Positions 28,352-42,311 of a DNA stretch of 64,000 nucleotides are shown here, in pieces; the stretch's first letter is position 1; every line of letters begins with the position of its first letter. The notes beneath the pieces are model-generated. The model ran no database searches and was not told where the DNA came from. It saw nothing but the letters and a program-made list of their open reading frames with translations. The position numbers and the translations under genes were made by a program. This stretch comes from Lobosporangium transversale (Eukaryota), in contig NW_019029023.1 of NCBI RefSeq assembly GCF_002105155.1, positions 124,001-188,000 of the forward strand. Reading direction: 5' to 3'.

Positions 28352-29782
28352 ATGAAAGTTTCCACTCAGTTCCTGGCAATGGGAGCTATTGCGTACGCTG
28401 CTACCGCCGTGGCAAAGCCTTCGTTTACCAAGAGGGCAATTGATGGATCCAAAGTTCTTGGTTGTTTCGTGAGGTAATCCCATTGTCTATGTTCTGCGAT
28501 GGACTGTAAACATAAATCTTAAACTAGAATGTCTTGCAAATTTAACACGATTATATAACTTTCTTGAATGGTGAAAAAGCATGGACTTCAGATTGTGCTA
28601 CGGCTGCAGCGGTAAGATGATTTATCTCTGTCACTCTCTTTTTTCTTCCCCCTCTCTTCTGCACAAGGAATTATCGTGTTTATATTTATACTATTGTCTT
28701 ATTTTCTTTAACAAATAGACTGATTTCAGCTTGGCCCGAGAGACCATGCTTAACGATCTGAGTATCGATTTCACCAACCCTGACCCAATGGCTATGGGGC
28801 TTTCCTCATCAAGCTCCGATATGAAGTTAGTCTCTATCCCCAGAGTGTCCTGGCCGATAAAGAATATTGCTGGCCTTGTAAATGCTTACCTGTTTCATTA
28901 CAAAAAAAAAAAAAAAAAAAAAAAAAGAAATCAAAAGAAAACTGACATTGGTTGATAGCCACTAATTTTGATTTTTCATTCTCCCCCTATCCCTTAGGTT
29001 ACTATCACTGTAAGTATACCTGTATATATATTTTTTTGTTTAATATTCTTTGTCATAAAAAACGGATATTCAACTTCTCTCTCTATCCAACAAAAGAATG
29101 ATGGTGTCGCAATCGCAGAGTTTGAGGCTCCAAGCACTCCTGAGGTTAAAGGTGCCATTCTCAAGGCTGCCATCGGAAACACTATTCTAAGGGTTATACC
29201 AGGACAGGAAGAAGCATTCTCCAAGTTCAGTGAGGCCTTGATAAGCAAGTCCTCTCATACATTCACCGTCAGCGGGAATATCGATATTGGCCTTAAGGTC
29301 TCAGGCATTTCGCTCTTTAGCGGACCTAATGGTGCTGCTCCTTCTGCTTCATCAAAGATTCTAACCGCCACCAATGTCGGTTTCTCGTCCATTGCTACTT
29401 TGCGGGCTTGCGAGCACATTCTAGTGAAACCTATGAGCCTAGTGAGCCTTAAAAAGGATGCTGCTTCCGGTATCACCAAAATGATATCCTCCAACTCGTT
29501 TGGTCAGTGATTCATATATTTTCTATTCAAAAAACGATGATTGAATTGATTTGGTGGCTGGTAGGGGCCGTTGAGTCTCCAAACCTAGTCCTAGATATAG
29601 GCGACAACGTTGTGGCAATGACCATGACGTCCATTGACCCTGATTTCTATACTATATTGACAACCAAGAGCAATACATTCACCATAACAGGTTTTGAAGG
29701 TTCAGTGAAAAACCCTATTCTAGTCAAAGCAATGCATGTCTTTAGGATTTCACTTACGATCCCCAGAATTGAGGTTGCATAA
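28352..29782 (+). pseudogene. Secreted DUF3712/LEA-2-like family paralogue 1 (disrupted)
   Basis: Same 5-exon structure as the copy at 35496 (signal peptide, KR, micro-exon 28998-29009). The exon-2 acceptor AG is missing at ~28557. About 70 bp of foreign sequence (29488-29557) replaces the NPSQL segment and introduces a stop. Confidence 0.8.
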
Positions 29783-31489
29783 ATGCAAATAAAGAAAAAA
29801 TATATATATATATATATATATAACCAGAATAAGAAGTTATGGACAATTATACATGTAAATTTATGGATGACCTACACAGTTTAATTTAATAAATGAACAA
29901 TTAGCAAATCATGTAGTTCATCCATATAGAAGGCACAAGCTTTTTGTTCCCCATATCAAGGATCCATATTAACAGTGCAGAAAATGCTCGATACCTTTTG
30001 TTCCAAAAGCAAACGTTTTGTTATTTTACATGTAATTTTAAAAAGGTCAAAGAGGCCTCGATCTTACCCAGTGGTTGATCCCAATTTAGGTATGGGTTTG
30101 TGAGTAGGGATTGGCACTAGGGAATAAAGGTGTTTGGCCACCATCTGTTTGCTTTAAACGCGACTTGCCGAAATTTTCAAAGTCAGGCTGCTGACAGCTG
30201 CAAAGATATTCAAATTATCGAGAGGAAGATCAGTAGGCTAATAAAGAGGATTTAAGAGGGATCATCGGCTGATAGTGAAGAAATATTATAGAAGCTAACA
30301 AGAGTACCTTAGTTCTTTAGGACCCTCGGGGGTGGATGAGGCTGCTGTTGGCTATCAAAGCAAAAGGTTACGTGCCCTTTTTAGGGGACTTTACGAAATC
30401 CTGATAAAGTTTTGCAAAAAGGAAATAGGCAAAAATGTCTCATTGTTTCCTACCAGCTGCTTTTCTTTTTCATTTCTTAGGGCTCATCTCTGTAGACATG
30501 GGCCACACTTGGTACAGATAAAGGCCCACCTTAATTTACATCGTTTTTGAGTATTGTGTTTCCAACCTGCTTAACATTTTTTTTTTGAACAGCTTATTGA
30601 GACACTTTTGCAGATGTATTATAGAGAAATCAAGCCTTCGCTTTCCCTTATACCTAATCATGTCGTATCAAGGCCCATGTTCCCTCAATATTGAAGCTAT
30701 AGTCTTGTAGAATCAACTTTATCCTTGAGACAGCTGTGTAAAGAAAGAGTCGCTAAAATTTATGTTGGAAAATACTATTTTTGTATTTTATTCTTCGATT
30801 TGATGTATCTATCAACAACACCTTAACGCGGGAATATAGCGCTATCAAGTCCTAACAACTCCAGCCTTTGACCAAGAATAGCAAGACAAGCCCAGTGATA
30901 TACTTGTATTTTAGTAAACCTCATAAAAGTGAAATATGAAACCTTTATTAAGGAATGAGGCACGAGTTCCAGATTAAGACTGGACGCTTTCATCATTATG
31001 AAACGCTGTTTTGGTTTGATTTTATGAAATGTTCAAGGATAAAGGCTCCTAGAAACATTCATTTGCCATTGGTCAAGCATCATTTATCTCTTCTTTTTCT
31101 TTCTTTTCTGTTTTTTTCCTTTTCTTAGTTTCACATGAGTGAAATGGAGATCGACATAATAGTGCTTTAGGTTACCATAGCAATTCGAAATGATGATGAA
31201 TAGCTCGTAATCAAAACCAGATGTATATCATAATGTCAGGGACATCAAGATAAAGGACACGTGCAATGAGGAAAGCAATGAAAACAATAAAATGAAATTC
31301 ATTTTGCCTCTCATTCTTTAAATTATCCTTACTGCAAAGCCGTGGCCTCTATCAATGAGACTACCTCTTCTTCCTCGGCAACAGCTCCAGGGGTTAGAAG
31401 CTGTCTCTCAACGCACAACACGGGTTGTTGCCGCACCAGTGGCTACTGCGGCCGAAGAGGTGTCAGAAGCATCGAGTAGTCGTCAAAAG

Positions 31490-31810
31490 TCAACAAGGAG
31501 ATAACAGAGAGCTGTTTGCAAAAGGCCCTCATGGAACTGGATACAGTTGACGCGGGCTCCATGCGTAGCAAACCCTTGCAGAAGAGGACAGCTCTGTTGT
31601 TGGACGCGTACAAAAGCTTTGCGCCAGCGGATGAGGATTAATATTTATACATATAGCTTTTTCACTATCCGGACAAGTCGGTCAGTGCGAATTTTCCTGG
31701 TAAAGGATATTTGTCTTCGTGCAATGGCTAGGGCAGCTGGAAGGCGACATGCAGAAGCAGGGCCGTCGTATCGCGCTTCTAATTGACAATGCACCAGTAC
31801 ATATGGAGGG
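31490..31810 (+). mobile_element. Degenerate pogo/Tc5 (CENP-B-like, DDE_1) transposase fragment
   Basis: QWLGQLEGDMQKQGRRIALLIDNAPVH matches the DDE_1 W-L...R-x-I-x-L-L-x-D-N-A-P-x-H motif. Upstream broken KALME-WIQ resembles the Tc5 HTH. Confidence 0.75.
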
Positions 31811-32759
31811 TGAGCTACCGATCTATAAAATGAGTATCAGCTCAGAAGACTCTGGCCCTTTACTCCTCCTTTTGTACACAGTGCTACGTACCGAGGCTTG
31901 AGAGTGTGCCTCAGAGGTAGTTCCATTTTTATTCATAAGGCCAGAACATTGTGTGATAGCCATAGTGAGACCTTAATAAAAGACTTCCGCCTGGCAAAAA
32001 TAATAAAAACAGCTTTTTGATCTCCTTGACTTTAGGTCTGAAAAAAAAATCTCACACAGAACTATTGGAGTGCTGAATACTTTTGTTCAAATAAAGACCC
32101 CTCCGTAATGCTCTTGATTAGTCATAGATAAATCAACAAAGGGTTCTTTCTTTTGTTCACAAAACCATTTGCGTACTGACTGTTCCCGTTCAGAATTTTT
32201 GCGCCGTGCAACTTTTATTTGTCTTCGAAGTCTGAGGCTGGGAATGACCGGCTTCATAAACCATCCAGGAACTACATCTCCTAGTCCAAGTCACCCAATA
32301 ATGGTTACAAAAGTGCAATCGAAGAGGAGTTGCAAGAAAAATTTTCTGCGGCATATGGATGCTTGGGGCATAAACCGATGATCCTCTTTTGTTGAAACAC
32401 TGGGTTGCTGCGCACAAGGTAGTTGAAACCATCTCACGAATGTCGCGATTTATTTAATAATATGAAGAAAGTGAATCGTAAAGAATGGATATGAATGAAT
32501 GAATGAGAAGAAATAAAGCTTAGTATATTTATTGAATTGAAATGAAGAGAAGCGAAGAGCTGCTCCTTCCGTAAAAAAAAATTACAGCTAACTGGAAGTG
32601 CACTGTAAGATACCGTTAGGTTTTTTATGCCCATATAAAGGGCTTGCAGGATATGAGGCTGACTGGGGAACAAAAGTAGAAGAGGTGTTTAGAAGATTTG
32701 TCTAGCTCTTTGAACAAATGCGTGATCAAATATATGAAAGAAAAGGGTCGAGCAGATGA

Positions 32760-32790
<31 letters not shown>

Positions 32791-35495
32791 AGTACCAGTA
32801 AGGTGAGATTAGTGAAATACGTTCAAAAAACACGCATCGTCCGGAGGGAATGATTTACAATGTCCCAGTCCTTCCCTCCCTTACATTAGTCTGTTTCAAT
32901 GGTTCAAGACGAAGATGGCCACAGAAAAGCTATTTTACGTGACTTTGGTCGAAACTCTAAACAGCAAAACAATCTTAAAATTCTGAACTTTACGCGTCTT
33001 GCGGAATTTCCTATTTAGTGCCCAGTTGATTACTTGAATTATATGCTGGAAAGAGGTACATTTATATAGTGGAATAGTTTATTCGAATGAGACCAGAACA
33101 CGGACGAGGAAGCGAGTGATGTAGATGGATACTCTTGCTTCAATTTTTGGATTCCTGGTTATTTTTCCAATATTTACCTGAGAGCAAAGTTTCTCCAGAT
33201 TCCCTTGCTGTTCTGTTGCCCTATTGTTTGCAATACTGTATTGAAGGAAAAGCCAGCTTTGAAGATGCAATTCTTGCCACATAAACCATGTATTTCGTTC
33301 CAAGGGCATGAGGAGTATGATCTTGCTGGGGGATCTAGTTCGGGAGTAAGATGGTCAAGAGTTTTCAAAAAGTAGGGAAAGAAGGCCTACCAACTATCCT
33401 CAATATGTGTCAACAGGAGCGTTGGTTAACATTGGGTTTCAGGATCTACCGTATCAGAGGGAACCAGAAAAAAAAAAAAAAAAAAAAAAAAAAGGTCTGA
33501 ATTTGACAGCGTACCCTTGAATTAAATGAATATTGGCGTAGAATGCTTCAATTACTAACCCTTGGTGCATCGCTCGCTGTTCTCAGTCTTGTTTTGTGCC
33601 ATGCTATGCTATTTGCTGAGAAGAGATAATTTGAACAGTGAATGGTGGTTATAAGTGAATGGCAGGGTGAGTTACAAACAGGGGAGGGGGATAAACTAAG
33701 GTGTGATGTTGTAAACCTAAATACGGGACGTCGCTGGCACAACAACCCAAAAACCACTTATGGTAAAGGTTTTCTGCATGATAGCGTACCTTACCGATGA
33801 ACATTTTACATTGAGGAACAAAACCCAGTGGTAAACACCAATGGATCTTCTTAGACACCACAGAGGAAGTGAGAGAGATGAAGTTACCGGCGGTAGCCAT
33901 TTTTTTATTTATTTTTTTATTTTTATCACTGAGACATAATACAGATTCGCGCAAACTTGTTTGTATACGCCTTTTGTGCTCTTCATGGCCCCTGCAATGA
34001 AGGTAATCCTTAGAACAGATGCGCTCTCTATTCTTCCCCCTTAATCTCGTCGCCCCCCAAAGTTGCGCTTTTCCCTTAATTATTCTCTTTTCTTTTTTTC
34101 TGTCGAGTGCAAATGGCCACCATTTTGGTGTACAGTACATCGGTCTCCAATCTTCTTTCTATCCTCTCTATGCCTTTAGAAAACCGTGTTCTTTCACTTA
34201 TACTACTACTTCATATTGGAAATACAGTCGCTAACTTGAATAAAGGAAGGAAATAGCTATAAGAATGCTCAATCTGCAATGGATCCTAGATTTTAATAAT
34301 TAAGGTTTGCTCTATCCTTGTGACCAAGCTATTTTGGCGAAATAAAAGGATTCGTGGGATCTTTCTACATGTGTGTTACCATCATCGTAATCGACTCGTC
34401 AACAAGTTGTTCGAGGGTTTGTGCGTGGTGTGATATGTTGTGATATGTGAGCCCGTGATTGGTCGCTTCGGAACTGGAAGTTGGACCCCTGAGATTTGTA
34501 AGTGTTCAAAAAAGGGAGGAAATCTTTTCATCATCCCTTTACTATGCAACGCGCAGTAGTGCCTTTTTTTTTTTTTTTTTTTTTTTTTACAGATCCTACA
34601 GCAAATGGACCTAACAGTTACGCTGGTAACTCACTAAGGGTGAATAGCTGCTTATTGGCTGACCGACTGTCGTAGCTAAAATTATTCTTGTACCCAACAC
34701 ATATGCTGACGGCCGGTTTTGTGAGTGAATGCTCGCAATTTTCGTCTTGGGCTGACTAAGGTCTCCCAACGACCAAGGCGCCTCATGTTAATCATTTGTC
34801 AAGACTCACCCTTCCATTCATCTTTGTCCTATCAAAAAGCTTTAAGGTGTCTTTTCTCGAATCGAAACATCAATTATAATGCAAACCAGGAAAAAGGGTA
34901 TGCCTTAAACAAACTTATATAAATCAAAGAATACAAAATCCTTGTTTTCTTTATATTCTACTACCAATCTGCTGTCGACCTCGTTGACACCAACCACGTT
35001 CATGCAAAGAGACAGAAGCCATCGCTCATAACTGAGGTAAAGGTGCATGGCATATTAGTGGATCAATAGATCAAAGGGGGATTTCGAGAGGTGTTTATGC
35101 TTCGGTACGCCTATACACATCTAGATTCAATTGTCAAAGGCCCTAAATGCCGAGAGGCTCTGGTAGGATTCCGGTAAACGTTATGGAATTTTATAAACAA
35201 GGGTGTTACGTACCAGGTTGAGCCGTTATATCAAAGTTCAGTGTAGTAAGCAACTGAAATGCAGATGCTTAAGGTTGCATACCATGCAGCCTCTACATTT
35301 GGGGGGCCTTGAAAAGAGGGGTTTAACATCTCTTTTTTTCCTCTTTTTGCCCCTTCCTGCAAGGTGAAACTCAGTAGCTCTAATGCCTCGTAATTTTTGG
35401 TATAAAAGGACCCTCCATTTTCTAGCGGTTGTTACTTCACCATCCTTCATCTACACAACATACAAACAAAAGAAAAAATCTCAGGTTCTTCAAAA

Positions 35496-36935
35496 ATGAA
35501 AGTCTCTACTCAGTTTCTAGCTGCGAGTGCTATTGCACTAGCTGCCACTGCCATGGCACTCCCTTCGCTGTCCAAGAGGATTGTCGATGGATCTAAAGTC
35601 GTTGGATGCTTCGTGAGGTAAAATTTATTAATCTTTATTTTAGTTCTGAGTTGTATACAAAGACCTTCTTGATTAAAGTACTTCAACTTAATATTTTATA
35701 AAACATTGTAGCACTTTCATAAACGGTGATCAGGCATGGACCGCAGAATGCGCTACAGCTGCAGCAGTAAGTTGATTTTCTTTCTTCTTCATCTCTCTTG
35801 CTCAATTACCTTTTTCTTTCTCTTCTTTGGGATAGAGAATCATGATGTTTATTTTTTTTATTTTTATTTTTTTTATATTTTTTTTTTAATCCCTACCCTA
35901 CAGACTGACATCGGTTTGGTCCGAGCGGTCAATCTTCAAGATTTGAATATCGATTTCAGAAACCCTGACCCGATGGCATTGGGACTATCCTCATCAGGCT
36001 TCAATATGGATTTACTCCCACTTCCTAAGGTGAGCTGGCCTATCGAACAGGGTACTTGTAAGGTAAGCTTATTATAAAAATATATATATATTTATATATA
36101 TGGCTAGCCAAAGTATAGATATATTCACTAACATCGCTACCCCTTTACTCTATTGCACTTTAGGTTACTGTCATCGTAAGTATATCCCATGCTCTTTGGA
36201 CGTTGTTTGCAGTTGAACATTGAGTTTTTAACTTTTTTTCTCTATCTCCTCTCTTTTTCTGACGGAAAGAATGACGGTGTCGCTATCGCGGAGTTTATCG
36301 GGCCAAGCACTTCTGTCGAGATGAAAGGCGCCACCCTTGGTGCTGTAATCAGGGATACATTTTTAAACATTTTACCAGGGCAGGAAGATGGGTTCACCAA
36401 ATTTGCTGAGGCCCTAATTAGTGAGCCCTCTCATGCATTCACCATCACTGGGAATGCCGATGTAACGCTCAGGGTTCCAAGCATTCCGGCACCGAAGACA
36501 CTAACTGCCACCAATATCGCTTTTTCGTCCCTTCTGACTTTGCAAACTTGTAATAACTTCCCAATGGAGCCCATTGGCATAGTGAGTTATACCAGGGATC
36601 CTGCTTCAGGTGGTGGCTCAATGGTTTATACGATCAAGGTCCATAACCCTTCGCAGCTGACTCTCAAATTAGGAGACAGTAAATTCAATGTACTCTACAC
36701 TAACGGAGACTATGTGGCAACCGCCGAGATCTCGGACCTAAGCTTATTCATGGGTGAGAACATTGTGACAGCAACCCTTACGTCCACCGACCCTAATATC
36801 TTTGATGCTTTGACATCTCAGGCCAATACGTTTATCATAGCAGGCTTCGAAGGTTCCGTGAAGCACCCCCTCATGGCCAAAGCAATGCGTGTCTTTAGAT
36901 CTCAAATCACAATTCCGAAAATCGAAGTTGCATAG
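35496..36935 (+). CDS. Secreted DUF3712/LEA-2-like protein, paralogue 2 (intact, ~337 aa)
   Basis: Exons 35496-35617, 35712-35766, 35904-36062, 36164-36175, 36270-36935 splice into one ORF. Signal peptide MKVSTQFLAASAIALAATAMA, LSKR processing site, two N-terminal Cys, beta-rich body with NPSQLTLKLGD...LSLFMGEN. TATAAAA at 35401. Confidence 0.85.
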
Positions 36936-37303
36936 AGAAAAAAGAAAAAAATAACACTGAAGGATATCAAAATAGCAAGCTGGGAGCATTCATATTTCTT
37001 AATTTTGTGGACTGCCCATACACATACAGATTAGTTCAATAAAGCACATCAAACCATGGATTCCATCTGTTGGGAAGCCTTGGCCTTTCTCCCTCCATGT
37101 CGATGGTCCGGTTGATTTTAAATATATACATAGGCACTTTAAACGTGTTATCTGTAAATCTCAATTTGATGGGAAATCGTCCTCGAACATAGAAATTGTG
37201 CGTAATGATAAGTATCAATAGTTAGGCCCTGTTGCTTTATTTTTAAACCATTTCCAAGCATATTCCTAACTGACTATTTCAGGGCATGGCCTAATTTCAG
37301 AAT

Positions 37304-37347
<44 letters not shown>

Positions 37348-37925
37348 TATCCTTTCATCATCTCTTTTTCTGTAATGTGCAGGAGTATACAGCTTTTTTT
37401 TTTTTTTTTTTTTTTTGTTTCTCTTTTTTGCATATCTCTTAGAGACCCTTTCCCAAGAGACCTGACAATAGCATTGAGAATCCATTAGACATGAATGACG
37501 ATGGGTTTGTTAGCCGTATGCCATTAATCGAACCTACCGTGTGCTTGAAACAAAGGTTGACGAACGATCCTTATGATAACTATTATCAAAAGGAGAAAGA
37601 ATTGAGGCAATAGGGTCGCCTCAAGATGTGGCGACATGATAGGCTTGACTATAAAGCCATGAAAATCTATTGAAATAACACTGCAATGAGCTAGGCTAGG
37701 TTTTGATACCAGGATTAATAAGAATACAGGAGGTTTAAAATTCCATTGTTAAGCAGCCAGTGTCTTCGAGCGAATAGGGGGGTTTTTTTTTATATGTTTC
37801 CTGCAAAAATTGAAAATGAATTACTTGGCATAAAAAGGGTCTTCTTCTATTTCCGGCTGTTATACCATTCTCCTTTCTCTACACGACAAATTTCCAAAAA
37901 AAAAAAAAAAGCTACTTCTTCAACA

Positions 37926-38451
37926 ATGAAAGCCTTAAATCAGTTCCTTGTTACGAGCATTATTGTATTTTCTACCGTCGCCATGGCAACGCCCTCGGTG
38001 TCCAAGGGGAAAATTGATGGATCGAAGGTTATTAGTTGTCTTACGAGGTAATCCCCATCATTTTGACTTTGTAGTGAACTATTAGAAACCAACTTCTCTT
38101 TGAAATGAAGCTTAGCATGGTTGTATAATAACTTGTAGTACTTTCATGAACGATGAAGTGGCATGGACTCCAGAGGGTGCTACAGCTGCATCGGTAAAAG
38201 GCTTCCCTCTCTCTTAGTTCCCCTCTTTGAGACAGGGGCTACCATGTTTGTTTCATTCTAACCTTTACCCTATTTCTTTTAACATCTTTATAGACCGATA
38301 TCAGCTTGGCCCGCAATACCAGCCTTGACGACCTGAGTCTAGATTTTTGAAGGGTGATCCGATGACTTTGGATATATCCTCACCAGGTTTCAATATGCAG
38401 TTAATCTCACTCTCGAATTTGCCCTGGTCTATAGAAAGGGGTACTAGTCAT
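37926..38451 (+). pseudogene. Secreted DUF3712/LEA-2-like family paralogue 3 (frameshifted, truncated)
   Basis: Exons 1-3 are homologous to paralogue 2. A 1-nt deletion gives TGA at 38348-38350. The micro-exon and exon 5 are absent. Confidence 0.8.
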
Positions 38452-39286
38452 GTAAACTAATTGTTTGTTATAAGGAACTATATCAAACAGATATAGAGTA
38501 ATAGTTGCTATTGCTGCTACTCTTTACTCCATACTCTTTTATTCCTTCACCGCTATAATGAACAAATAATACAAATTGTTTTCATTCACAAATTCAAAGT
38601 TGAGGTAATAAATCAAATACATACCTGCACACGGTCCAACCTAGTGTTCGGATGCTTAGACTAGTTCCATAGTGTATGATTGTTAGATCACCTAATCCTC
38701 CTGGAATTCTGAATTCATACAAGCAAAGGGCTCAACACAGATCGAGGCTCACCACCTGCATAGAACAACTCAAACTTTTAATGCCTATATCCACCATTAG
38801 CAGAACATTGTCATTATGTCTTCTAACAACTCTCCTTCTTCTTCGTTGTCTGGCGCCTCAACTCTATATGAGTATAAGGACTATGAATTTATCCCTGCGG
38901 AACTTTCTCTAGCTTCGTCTTCACCGGAATTGTCAGAGGCTGCAGACGTGGAGTATTTCAGTAACTCCGAAGAGGATAGGAGTTATGCCACTGAGGACGT
39001 CGAGGAATATGAGGATGAGAAAGATCTGTGGGATAACGACGAGGAGATTCGTGTTTGAAAAAAGGCACTTACCAGCTCTACCGCCCAGAAGCACGGAGCC
39101 GGTCTGGTTTTGTGGAGTATCCAAGTTCTCGTCCTATCAGGAAACAAAAGGAGCCCTCTAGTGATGAAGAATCATCAAGCAGCGAAAGTAGCAAGATAGG
39201 TTTGTTAAGCAGCGAAAGTAGCGAGACAGATTTGTCAAGCTGCGTAGCATGCACGACTCTAGGGAAGAGAAGACGTGACAAGGAAC

Positions 39287-39319
<33 letters not shown>

Positions 39320-39957
39320 TAATTGGCCTGGCGCATGAAGGATATTATGTAAGATGATGGGAGACAAAGCAATGTGCGGAAACACGAGTAAGGATCGTGG
39401 TAACATCAATTTTTTTAGCCCAATGGTTTATCGCCTATTTCATTTGGTCACATTGGTGGCACCTCGTTTACGTGACGGGCTTGCTGATAGGCTGCTAATA
39501 CATTTGATAGCATTTAATAGTTTAAGGACGGCGATTAAACAAAACGGATTTACAATCTTTTGTCAAAAGTAGAATGATATCGTTTTATTTGTACGAAGTG
39601 CGTGAGAAGCAGGGGAGTGCATGTAAGATGACAAAATATATGAACCAAACAAAATGAAATGCAAAGGACGCACTTCCTCATTATCAGAGTAGCCATGGGG
39701 TATATGTCTCTTCCACATCTCCCTTGGTTTAGTTTACTCATCACTAGTTAGAGTAGATTGAACAGGAGATGTCATCGGAATAAACAAAGGGATTCACATG
39801 TGTAGACCATGACTACGAGGATAATAAAGTGTGGTAAAGAAGGGCAGAGCTGGGGCTTTTGATGGCACAGCATTAGGATTTCAAACCTTCAATAAAATCA
39901 AAGCCGAAAGTAGATTAACTTAACCTGTCACAATTCAATCGTTGATGTTGGGACCTG

Positions 39958-39989
<32 letters not shown>

Positions 39990-40083
39990 ATCCTCTTTAA
40001 TCCACAACAGCTTTTAACAACTCTTCCACAGATACCAATAACAAAAAAAAAAAACTTTTTTTTACAGAGAAACCAAAAAGACA

Positions 40084-40641
40084 ATGTTCAAAGGCTCTGA
40101 AGAACCTCCTTCATATTCACGCCATGCTCCACCTCACCATTCATCAGGGGCTTTGCGTGTATGCTGTATCACCCTCAACGAAACGGATAAAATCCGTTTG
40201 ATAGGCACACCTCCTGAACTCGCCAATCCTATCCGTCAAGCCATCGTTCGTGCTTGGGGTAGGATCCAGAAAGAGTCTGATTATGCTGGGGCTCATCAGT
40301 TCAAACTTCTGGGGAACCCTTGGTCTGCTAGGGGAAATGAAGGGGTCCTCTCTAGAAGACTTGTGGTTGATATCCTCAAGACGATGGCTCAACATGGTTG
40401 GACCCTTATTCAATCTGCTGATGTCTCTAGGAAAGAATACGAAAAGGACTCTTTGTTTTTCGAATCATCAGCATTACAACCTGTGGATGTAGGTCCCATT
40501 GACATGTTCGCCATTAGTCTAAACCGAACTGACCGTATTCGACTCATTGATGCCCCCTCAGAATTTCGTGACATTGTGCGACAAGCTATTAAAACTCAAT
40601 GGAAACTTGGGTACGCTGGTATGCTGATGAAAGAAAGAAAG

Positions 40642-40675
<34 letters not shown>

Positions 40676-41011
40676 AAAGTGAATGAGTGCGATGGTATCA
40701 TGAATTGAAGAAAATCTCATTTCAAATTTATTTTTTATAGGATCATGAGAGAGGACATGTATTTTAGTTCGTTCGAATTCAAATTGAGCGGGAATCCATT
40801 TTGTCCGCAGGGCGAAGAGACTGTCCATTCGCGTATGATGCTCTCTCAAATGCTCGCAGCCATGGCAGCACATGGATATAGACTATATGCCTCTGTAGAT
40901 ATCAGCAATGGTGATGCAGAAGGCCGAGACCTCCATTCATGGTTCTTCCGACGCGTCACCCGCACTTGGCCATCACGAGCGATAGCCGACCCGGGACTTT
41001 CAGTAATCTAG
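40084..41011 (+). CDS. Conserved hypothetical protein with two tandem copies of an uncharacterised alpha/beta domain
   Basis: Intron 40611-40740. Repeat unit (T)DKIRLI/(T)DRIRLI ... FKLxGNP(W/F) ... MAxHG(W/Y)xL..S.D(V/I)S ... (L/W)FF occurs twice. Confidence 0.8.
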
Positions 41012-41288
41012 ATAGTACAGTTGCATGTTGTAGACAGCTACCGACAATTACACCCAATATCAACACTTTTATCTTTTTGTTATTCCCCAGCGGTAGTGAG
41101 ATTCTACCATTTTATTTTCGCATTTAAATCCGATTCCCCTGAAAATCCCTACTTTACTTGGTCCCTTAAAATCTACTATACTCGATATTCAGCAAGCAAA
41201 ACAAAAAAGGAAGAACAAAAAGGCCGTATAAGAGAAAAGTGCTTTTTAACAATAATAATAAGAAAAAGCTGGGTCATAATAAACAGAA

Positions 41289-41931
41289 TCATGCAAAGGC
41301 TTGAGATACCACATTGTCCATGAAATGTTGATCCATCTTTTTAGCCACATCCCCCTGTTTCTTCTCTGGATGATCGACTTTTGCACCTGTGGAGATAGGG
41401 CTTTCGTTCAACTTTACACATTGATCTGTTCCAGGGAAGGGAGGTAAATTCAATTCCCATTTTTTCTCCATTTTCCTAAAAAATATCAAAATGTTAAAAA
41501 AATCTTGGTGAGAATGACATACCAATATTTTAATAATGATAAAAGTAATAATAATAACAAAATTTCCATAAAATTAAAAAAGTGCTTACTTGGAAATGAA
41601 TCGCCCACCAAGATAATGAAAAGGTCCTTGAAAGTCCTTTGCGCCTTCCTTTGGTGCTGTCAGCGAAACGAGCATGGTAGGCTGAATTCCCGGAGTACTC
41701 AGATTGCCTGCCAATAAAAAAAGAAATCGTTATTGTGGGCTCTTATTTTTGGACTGTTTCATTTTTAAAGAAAAATAAGCAAAGAGATATTCAACATACC
41801 TTTTTCAACGTCCCAAGCGGAAGGAATGTCAACTAAGATTACAATGTCAAAAATGACAGCTCATCAAAGTAAAAGGTAAGCTTGGGATAAAACGGTCTTA
41901 TATCTCTTCATAATCTAATGTAATGCTTGTC

Positions 41932-41963
<32 letters not shown>

Positions 41964-42269
41964 CTTGCCAGACACAATCGGAAGCCGTGTCTTTTCAAGA
42001 GCTTTAATAGCAGTATCAAAGGGCTGCCTGACCTCGCCCTTGAAGCTAAACCCTAAGATTGGAAGGCGATTCGTGTTGATAATAAGAATCAATATTAGTA
42101 AAGTGAAAGAATAAAGTAATGAAACCAGCCTCGAACAACCCATCTTTGCCTTCCTTTTTAGTTATACTAACCGAATATAGCATCCACAACTAAATCACTC
42201 TCATACAACCCATCCTCTGGAGTATCGACAAATGGGATGTCTAGCTCAGTGCATTGCCTCATAATATTC

Positions 42270-42311
<42 letters not shown>

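Noticed and set aside
38816..39357. Acidic/Ser-rich ORF pair
   Set aside because: Low complexity, interrupted by a stop, no recognisable domain; at most a decayed fragment.
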